From an uncultured cyanobacterium (lineage in GTDB: Bacteria; Cyanobacteriota; Cyanobacteriia; Cyanobacteriales; Cyanobacteriaceae): a DNA stretch of 64,000 bases. This document shows positions 55,751 through 64,000 of this stretch, piece by piece. Made by a program: the position numbers and the translations under genes. Position 1 is the first letter of the stretch. The number at the start of each line of letters is the position of its first letter. The stretch is from assembly GCA_963710605.1 (NCBI GenBank), contig CAVQBA010000001.1, positions 224,001 through 288,000 on the forward strand, read 5' to 3'. The notes beneath the pieces are model-generated. The model was not told the DNA's origin. It saw only the letters and a program-made list of their open reading frames with translations, and did no database searches.

Positions 55751-55918
55751 TGAGGAGAGGGGCTGTTAGGTGATTTCACTCATAAGTAATGAGTCACGAG
55801 CGATTACTATAAGTTTTTTTATTATCCACTCTCTCCCTTGAGGAGAGGGGCTGGGGTGAGGTAGGAGCAAACTTTCTAATTTTAGGTTTTAACGGTGACT
55901 TGGGGGTGAGGTAGGAGT
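55751..55918. repeat. Cluster of GGAGAGGGG / GGGGTGAGG short dispersed repeats
   Basis: TGAGGAGAGGGGCTG twice, GGGGTGAGGTAGGAG twice; related sequence at 50918-50953. Confidence 0.65.
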
Positions 55919-55928
55919 AAAGATGAGT

Positions 55929-57578
<1,650 letters not shown>

Positions 57579-57712
57579 TTAAAAATTTTTTTACTGCCCT
57601 TAATTTATCAGTAATTGACACTGTAATTAATAAAAAGAATTAATTTTTCTATTTTAACGTTGCTGAGTAATACTTTTTTCGATCGACCTATCTACAGTGT
57701 AAATATTATCAA

Positions 57713-58063
57713 TTATTCAACCGTCACTTTTCCATCTTTAATAGCGATTAATGCTCCTTTTTCCAATTCTGTTGGATACTGTTGTAAAGTGCCTAAAACT
57801 AAATCAGCTAGTTTAAGTGAAAATACATCTTGAAGATTACCTTGTATCACACCTGGAATATTTGCTCTATCCATTACTAGCAATACACCAAATTCTAAAT
57901 TATGAGTAAAAACAATATAACCATTAGTTGCCGCCCAATTCATGATTGTAAAGTCATCAGCAGAAGGATTACCCACAGTTGACCAATGTAAGGCTTCGTA
58001 ACCTGCTTTTTGGAATATATGCACCCATTGAGGTGGTAAATTCATATCAACGATAATTTTCAT
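57713..58063 (-). CDS. DUF5615 PIN-like toxin
   Basis: MKIIVDMNLPP, A.D..I..WA. Confidence 0.85.
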   Translation of the reverse strand: MKIIVDMNLPPQWVHIFQKAGYEALHWSTVGNPSADDFTIMNWAATNGYIVFTHNLEFGVLLVMDRANIPGVIQGNLQDVFSLKLADLVLGTLQQYPTELEKGALIAIKDGKVTVE

Positions 58064-58086
58064 AATTTTTTTATGCAGGGTATTTA

Positions 58087-58293
58087 TTATTTGTCTGTGT
58101 ATAGTGAGGCATAAGTCAATGCTTGGTAAATATCTTCTATTTCTAGATAAGGATAAGCATTTAGTATTTTTTTGAACGAATGTCGAGAAGCCATTAAACC
58201 TAAAATTGTGCTGATTGTCACTCGCATTCCTCTTATACAGGGTTTACCCCCCATTACGTCTGGATTTATCGTAATTCTGTCTAAATTATTCAT
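58087..58293 (-). CDS. DUF433 antitoxin
   Basis: I.INP.VMGGKPCIRGMRVT. Confidence 0.9.
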   Translation of the reverse strand: MNNLDRITINPDVMGGKPCIRGMRVTISTILGLMASRHSFKKILNAYPYLEIEDIYQALTYASLYTDK

Positions 58294-58646
58294 TTTTTAT
58301 TTTTTTGGGCAGATTTAGCTAATTTATCGTCTATAACGAAGGGCAAGGGGAAAAGGGCAAAGGGCAAAGGTAAAATGCTCATATGGTAAAAAAAATGAGC
58401 GTTTTTATACCATGTCCTAACCAACTCGTTCTCTGCTATATTTGATTCAATTCTAATCTGTTACTTTTTTAAATATACTAATTACTGTTAATTATTGATA
58501 TATGTCTTGAGGTATATATTTGTCAATCATTAATAATTGATATTTACAGCTCTAAGCTTTTTAATTCTCAATTTATACTGAGCGTTAGTCGAAGTATTCT
58601 CTTACTGAGCAATTCTCAATTATTTTTATTCCCTATTCCCTATTCC

Positions 58647-60371
58647 CTATTCCCTAATTGTGTTACGGGATTTGGCGATACGATAACTTAAGAGTATGAC
58701 GGGGAGAATACCAACAATAATAATGGCTAAAGCGGGTGCGGAGGCTTCGGTTAATCTTTCATCGGAGGCGTATTGATATACTCTAACGGCTAGGGTATCA
58801 AAGTTAAATGGACGCATAACCAGTGTTGCGGGTAATTCTTTCATCACATCCACAAAAACTAACATGACTGCGGTAAAAATGCCACTCGACATTAATGGTA
58901 AATGTACTTTAAATAAGGTGGCTAATGTTCCATTTCCTAAACTACGAGAAGCATCGTCTAAATTTGGTTTTATTTTATTTAAACTAGATTCGATCGTATT
59001 AAATGAAACTGTTAAAAATCTGACCAAATAAGCATAGATTAATCCAATAATCGTACCACTAAATAATAATCCTGTTGAGATTTGAAAATTATTATTCATA
59101 AATTTATCTAACCAGTTATCAAATCTACCTAAAGGAATCAAAATCCCCACAGCAATTACCGCTCCCGGTATTGCATAACCAATAGAGGCTACACGAACAG
59201 ATATTTTAATTATAGTAGCGGGTAAAATTCTGTAAGCATAAGCCATAATTAAAGCAATAAAAATAGCAACAAAAGCACTAACAAAAGCTAAGATCAAACT
59301 ATTTTTAGCTAAGATTAAAAAGTTTTCATTTAAGGTTATTTGATAATTTTTGATAGTTAAATCGATTAAATAAATAACAGGTACAACAAAACCTAAAAAA
59401 ACAGGTAAAAAACAACTAATTGTAGCGATCGTATTTTGCCACCAATTTAATTTATAACGCTCTAAATTTTGACGAGCGTTACCACTTTGATAATATTTAG
59501 CGTATTGGCGAGATAACTTTTCCATCACCAACAAAATTACCACGAATACCATTAAAAAAGAAGCTAGTTGAGCGGCGGCAATTCTTTCACCCATCCCAAA
59601 CCAAGTTCGATATATTCCAGTGGTGAAGGTATTAACTCCAAAATATTGGACTGTACCAAAATCATTGAGAGTTTCCATTAAAGCTAAGGCTAAACCCGCA
59701 ACAATCGAAGGGCGTGCTAAGGGTAAAGCTACTTTCAAAAAACTTTGCCAAGGATTGTAACCAAGAGAGCGACTTGCTTCTAAGGTAGAAACAGATTGTT
59801 CTAAAAAGGCAACTCTAGCCAGTAAATAAACATAAGGATAAAGTACTAAGACTAACATGACGATCGCTCCTGTAAGGTTATGAATCACAGGAAACCAATA
59901 ATCATCGATCGTTTGCCAACCGAAAATAGCCCTTAACGTAGTTTGAATAGGACCAAAATAGTCAAGCAAATTATTATAACTATAAGCCAAAATATAAGCA
60001 GGTGCGGCTAAAGGCATCAATAATAGCCATTCCCAAAAGTTCGCCAACCAAAAATCACACATGGTAATTATCCATGCACAACCAACACCAATAATTAAAA
60101 CACCGACACCAACTCCTAACATTAACCATAAGGAGTTAAAAATATAATCAGTTAATACTGTTTCTCTTAGATGTTGCCAAATTTCTTGATTATCAGCAAA
60201 AATACTACTCATCACCGTAAAAATAGGTACTGCAACGACTAAGGCAATCAAGAGTACGAAAAAATACCAGAAGTAAGTCGAGATGCGATTAAATAGTGAA
60301 GGAGAAAAAACCGTTCGAGAAAATCGGTGAAGAGAAAATATTTTGCTCATACAAAAATGACGAATTGGCAA
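58647..60371 (-). CDS. futB: Iron(III) ABC transporter permease
   Basis: METLNDFGTV, DVMKELPAT, FDTLAVRVYQYASDERL. Confidence 0.9.
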   Translation of the reverse strand: MPIRHFCMSKIFSLHRFSRTVFSPSLFNRISTYFWYFFVLLIALVVAVPIFTVMSSIFADNQEIWQHLRETVLTDYIFNSLWLMLGVGVGVLIIGVGCAWIITMCDFWLANFWEWLLLMPLAAPAYILAYSYNNLLDYFGPIQTTLRAIFGWQTIDDYWFPVIHNLTGAIVMLVLVLYPYVYLLARVAFLEQSVSTLEASRSLGYNPWQSFLKVALPLARPSIVAGLALALMETLNDFGTVQYFGVNTFTTGIYRTWFGMGERIAAAQLASFLMVFVVILLVMEKLSRQYAKYYQSGNARQNLERYKLNWWQNTIATISCFLPVFLGFVVPVIYLIDLTIKNYQITLNENFLILAKNSLILAFVSAFVAIFIALIMAYAYRILPATIIKISVRVASIGYAIPGAVIAVGILIPLGRFDNWLDKFMNNNFQISTGLLFSGTIIGLIYAYLVRFLTVSFNTIESSLNKIKPNLDDASRSLGNGTLATLFKVHLPLMSSGIFTAVMLVFVDVMKELPATLVMRPFNFDTLAVRVYQYASDERLTEASAPALAIIIVGILPVILLSYRIAKSRNTIRE

Positions 60372-60482
60372 TTATTTTTACATTTAAATAACAAATTGAG
60401 AAATTAGAGTTATTTTTGATTTTTTCAACAAAAAAAGTAATCTTATTAGCTAATAATTTGCGGTTAATAAAATAATTACTCT

Positions 60483-60752
60483 TTACTCACCCACAACTAA
60501 ATTCCATTGATGTAACTCATACTCAACACATTGATTATAAACTAAAGGATCTTGAGAAACGATCGATTTAGCTTCTGAGAGTGAATCAGCTTGAAAAATT
60601 AGCATTCCGCCACCGTATTCTGCCCAATATCCACTTTTTGCTTGATATCCTTTTTGGGCTAATTCTTTGACGTAATCAATATGTGCCGAGACATATCGAT
60701 CGAAAATTTCTTTATTGACAATTCCTTTTTCAATTTTGACAAACCAAGCCAT
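60483..60752 (-). CDS. YciI-family protein
   Basis: H..YV, GGGML.F.A, DPL; ATG at 60752. Confidence 0.8.
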   Translation of the reverse strand: MAWFVKIEKGIVNKEIFDRYVSAHIDYVKELAQKGYQAKSGYWAEYGGGMLIFQADSLSEAKSIVSQDPLVYNQCVEYELHQWNLVVGE

Positions 60753-60981
60753 GACAGATAATGAATAATGAATAATGAATAATGCTATTATCAATTATCA
60801 ATGATTTGAAGCAATCTCAAATATATTTTTTTTAGCTCTAAGCTTTAAGTAAGAATTACTATAATCATCTTTTTAACTAACAGCTTCAAAGTTAACGTGA
60901 TATTAACGTATATGGTTAGCCTTGAACTTAAGTTCAAGGCTTAGATAAAATCGTTCAATAAATTGAACTCAAATTATGTCC

Positions 60982-61077
60982 TATCGTCGTTTAAAAAAAG
61001 AATTGAGATAGTCTCAATAATTGTCAAAATGTGAACAGCACCAAGAAGTTGTCTCATTTTTATTTAAAATAACTATA
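60982..61077. mobile_element. MITE-like element, sister of 1933-2092
   Basis: TATCGTCGTTT...TTGAGATAGTCTCAATAA...AAAATGTGA ... TGTCTCATTTTTATTTAAAATAACTATA. Confidence 0.65.
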
Positions 61078-61180
61078 ACCTTCTCCTCTGGTTTTTTACT
61101 ATAACAAGGGTGCTTATATCTAACAAAAAATGGACGATCGATTATCAATCATCCATTATTAATTATTAATTATTAATTAC

Positions 61181-61717
61181 TTAATAAGCATCTTGTAATT
61201 CATAAAAATCAGGAGAAACATAATCTTTACGTAATGGCCAACCAATCCAATCTTCAGGCATCAAAATACGCTTCAAATTAGGGTGTCCTTCATAGATAAC
61301 GCCATACATATCATAACTTTCTCTTTCTTGCCAATCAGCGGCTTTCCAAATCCAGTACAGTGAAGGAACTTTAGGCTCTGCACGATCTAAATAGACTTTA
61401 ATTCTTACTTCTTCAGATTCAGTAACATCATCACTAACTTTAGTTAAATGATAAAAGCTAACTAACTGTTTACCAGCACCTAAATCATAAACACCTTGAC
61501 ATTGAAGATAATTAAAACCATAAGCATTTAAAGCCGTTGCCACAGGAATCAAAAATTCTGCTTCAACTTTAATCAACTCTACACCTATGTGATCTGATTC
61601 TAAGGCTTCGTTGTCAAAACCATTTTCGGTTAACCATTGAGAAGTAGCACCAATTTCGACAATTTCGCCACCTTCTTGGTTTTCATTTTCGTTGTTGTTT
61701 TGATTTTCTTCTGCCAT
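61181..61717 (-). CDS. ndhJ: NAD(P)H-quinone oxidoreductase subunit J
   Basis: [21 protein letters not shown]. Confidence 0.96.
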   Translation of the reverse strand: MAEENQNNNENENQEGGEIVEIGATSQWLTENGFDNEALESDHIGVELIKVEAEFLIPVATALNAYGFNYLQCQGVYDLGAGKQLVSFYHLTKVSDDVTESEEVRIKVYLDRAEPKVPSLYWIWKAADWQERESYDMYGVIYEGHPNLKRILMPEDWIGWPLRKDYVSPDFYELQDAY

Positions 61718-61727
61718 AACTAATTAT

Positions 61728-62468
61728 TTAAGCCTCTTCTTTTGTTTTAGTTGCTTCTAGTGCCTCATTAATAGGCTCTCCTATACCGCCAGTCAACTCA
61801 GCAGGAGGATTATTTCTACCTTCTGCACGAATATATTTACCTGTCAAAATAGGTGCGACAGATTTCATACTGTGAGTTGTGGAATAATATCTGTGAGTTT
61901 GAACTTGAATATTACCTCTTTCTTGTATTGTTTCGTTAGCTACTTTTTTTCTCAATTTAACGATCGCATCAAAAATAGCTTCAGGGCGAGGAGGGCAACC
62001 AGGAATATATAAATCCACAGGGATTAATTTATCCACTCCACGTACAGCGGTAGTTGAGTCAGCACTAAACATTCCGCCTGTAATGGTACAAGCACCCATG
62101 GCGATCACATATTTAGGTTCTGGCATCTCTTCGTACAAACGAACTAAAGCAGGAGCCATCTTCATTGTGACTGTTCCCGCTACGATGATTAAATCAGCTT
62201 GACGTGGGCTAGAACGAGGTACTAAGCCAAAACGATCGAAATCGAAACGAGAGCCGATTAAAGCCGCAAATTCGATGAAACAACAAGCTGTACCATAAAG
62301 TAAGGGCCAAAGACTAGAAAGTCTCGCCCAGTTATGTAAATCATCAACAGTAGTGAGAATGATGTTTTCGGATAAATCTTGAGTTACCTGAGAGCGTGCC
62401 GCAGGATTCAAAATTCTTTCTCTGGTTTGATTTTCTAAAGTTGCTAAATCTTGATTAGGAACATTCAT
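61728..62468 (-). CDS. ndhK: NAD(P)H-quinone oxidoreductase subunit K
   Basis: [23 protein letters not shown]. Confidence 0.97.
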   Translation of the reverse strand: MNVPNQDLATLENQTRERILNPAARSQVTQDLSENIILTTVDDLHNWARLSSLWPLLYGTACCFIEFAALIGSRFDFDRFGLVPRSSPRQADLIIVAGTVTMKMAPALVRLYEEMPEPKYVIAMGACTITGGMFSADSTTAVRGVDKLIPVDLYIPGCPPRPEAIFDAIVKLRKKVANETIQERGNIQVQTHRYYSTTHSMKSVAPILTGKYIRAEGRNNPPAELTGGIGEPINEALEATKTKEEA

Positions 62469-62655
62469 AATATTTTTGTTATATGCCGTTACTTCTATTC
62501 TAGAATAATGCTTCTCACAAGTTAAGGAAAATTGAATTAACCATCAAAGTTTAACAGCGAGAAGACAAAGTTTCCTTCTGTTGAATCTAAAAACCTGAGT
62601 TATTCAATTAGTTGGAAAATTATTATTAATTATTAATTATTAATTATTAATTAGA

Positions 62656-63018
62656 TTATGACCATTCTAAAGCACCTTTACGCCAAGCATAGACAAGAGC
62701 GATGACTAAAATAGCGATAAAAATTAATGCTTCAATAAAAGCAAACAAACCCAAACTACTAAAAGCTACTGCCCAAGGATAAAGAAATACTGTCTCTACA
62801 TCAAAGACAACAAAAACTAAAGCAAACATATAATAACGAATATTAAATTGAATCCAAGCACCACCAATTGGCTCCATACCTGACTCGTAAGTAGTACGTC
62901 TTTCGGCACCACCACCTTCTGGACGTAAAAGTTTAGAAGCTGTCAATGCTAAAATTGGCACAGAAGCACTTAAAAGTAAAAAACCTAAAAAATATTCGTA
63001 ACCATTAAGAACAAACAT
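62656..63018 (-). CDS. ndhC: NAD(P)H-quinone oxidoreductase subunit 3
   Basis: [26 protein letters not shown]. Confidence 0.97.
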   Translation of the reverse strand: MFVLNGYEYFLGFLLLSASVPILALTASKLLRPEGGGAERRTTYESGMEPIGGAWIQFNIRYYMFALVFVVFDVETVFLYPWAVAFSSLGLFAFIEALIFIAILVIALVYAWRKGALEWS

Positions 63019-63463
63019 ATGATGTTGATTGGACTCCGATTAATTAATCAATTGTGATAAATGATAACTAAAAAACTAGGTTAACTAAACCCCGATCGTG
63101 ATTTTAAGTTCAGTACTCGATCGATTTTAAAAATAAATTCAAGAATATAACCATTAAAATTAGTAAATATATTTAGCTAAAAATGATGGTATTTTCGACT
63201 GTAATTCAATTGTTGTTCACCAACATTTATCATCAACAGTTATAATATTTTTTAACCTTAAAAAACTGAGTCAAATCCTGATTGTGTTTAGTCAATACCG
63301 ATTTCGAGTTAATTTATCCAAATCTTGATTTAATTATAGAAGGTTTATGTTAGGATTAAGCACAGTTATTTTGGAATAAGTAGCTAAACCTTTATCTAAA
63401 AATTTATTTTAACTCCACTCTATCTTTGTCTAGCAATATATTAATTGATTAAATTTAAATACT

Positions 63464-64000
63464 GTGTCATCTACAACTATTAAAAGCAAAACCAATCAGC
63501 AAGTTCCCCGCAAACCTAATTTTTTAGCAGGGGTAGCTAAAGTTGCAACAGGTACTTTCTTAGGTTTAACATTATTAAGCACTTCAGCCGTCGCTGGCGG
63601 ATTAGTTGGTTTAGCCATCAGTTTCCGCAATTTACCCGATGTTAGGGTAATGAAAAGTTATCTTCCTTCACAAACTAGTCGTGTTTATGATATTAAAGGT
63701 AGATTACTCACAACATATCACTCGGAAGAAAATCGTACAGTTGTACCTTTAAATGAAATTTCGCCTCAACTTAAAAGAGCAGTTTTAGCGATCGAAGATA
63801 GTAATTTTTATACTCACAATGGTATCAACCCCACCAGTATTGCTAGGGCAGTAGTAGTAAATTATCAAAGTGGTGAAGTAGTAGAAGGTGCATCAACAAT
63901 TACGATGCAATTGGTTAAAAATATCTTTCTTTCTCATCAACGAACATTTAGCCGTAAATTGTCAGAAGCCGTTTTAGCGATGCGGGTAGAGCAAGTATTT
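63464..64000 (+). CDS. Penicillin-binding protein 1A (runs off window)
   Basis: Manual translation: GGLVGLAISFRNLPDVR...AIEDSNFY.HNG...EGASTITMQLVKN transglycosylase motifs. Confidence 0.9.
   Translation, partial: MSSTTIKSKTNQQVPRKPNFLAGVAKVATGTFLGLTLLSTSAVAGGLVGLAISFRNLPDVRVMKSYLPSQTSRVYDIKGRLLTTYHSEENRTVVPLNEISPQLKRAVLAIEDSNFYTHNGINPTSIARAVVVNYQSGEVVEGASTITMQLVKNIFLSHQRTFSRKLSEAVLAMRVEQVF

Overview
An AT-rich cyanobacterial chromosome segment: ndhCKJ/ndhN, cpcT/cpcF, CP12 and ccb1 are present and CGATCG sites are very frequent. A unicellular Cyanobacterium/Geminocystis-like host is my inference. Most of the window is housekeeping (lepA, mrp operon, tRNA-Phe, rpsR/rpmG, metG, thrS, dnaK, rplJL, ald, pgm, futB, PBP1A). 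The standout is a ~14.6 kb island (~1885-16490) that replaces the middle of a CvrA/NhaP2-type K+/H+ antiporter gene and has no recognisable recombinase. It carries a GT2 glycosyltransferase, a HicAB pair and four Rhs/YD toxin-immunity modules from two core lineages. All four modules lack their 5' ends, several are in-frame mosaics of YD stubs, one has a HINT domain and one has an LRR protein in the immunity slot. At least eight genes, including thrS and dnaK, carry single-base frameshifts. Several fall at GGWCC/GGNCC or GATC, which suggests methylation-linked sequencing errors rather than pseudogenes. Several MITE, REP and heptamer repeat families occupy the intergenic DNA. All family calls come from motif recognition by eye; no searches were run.
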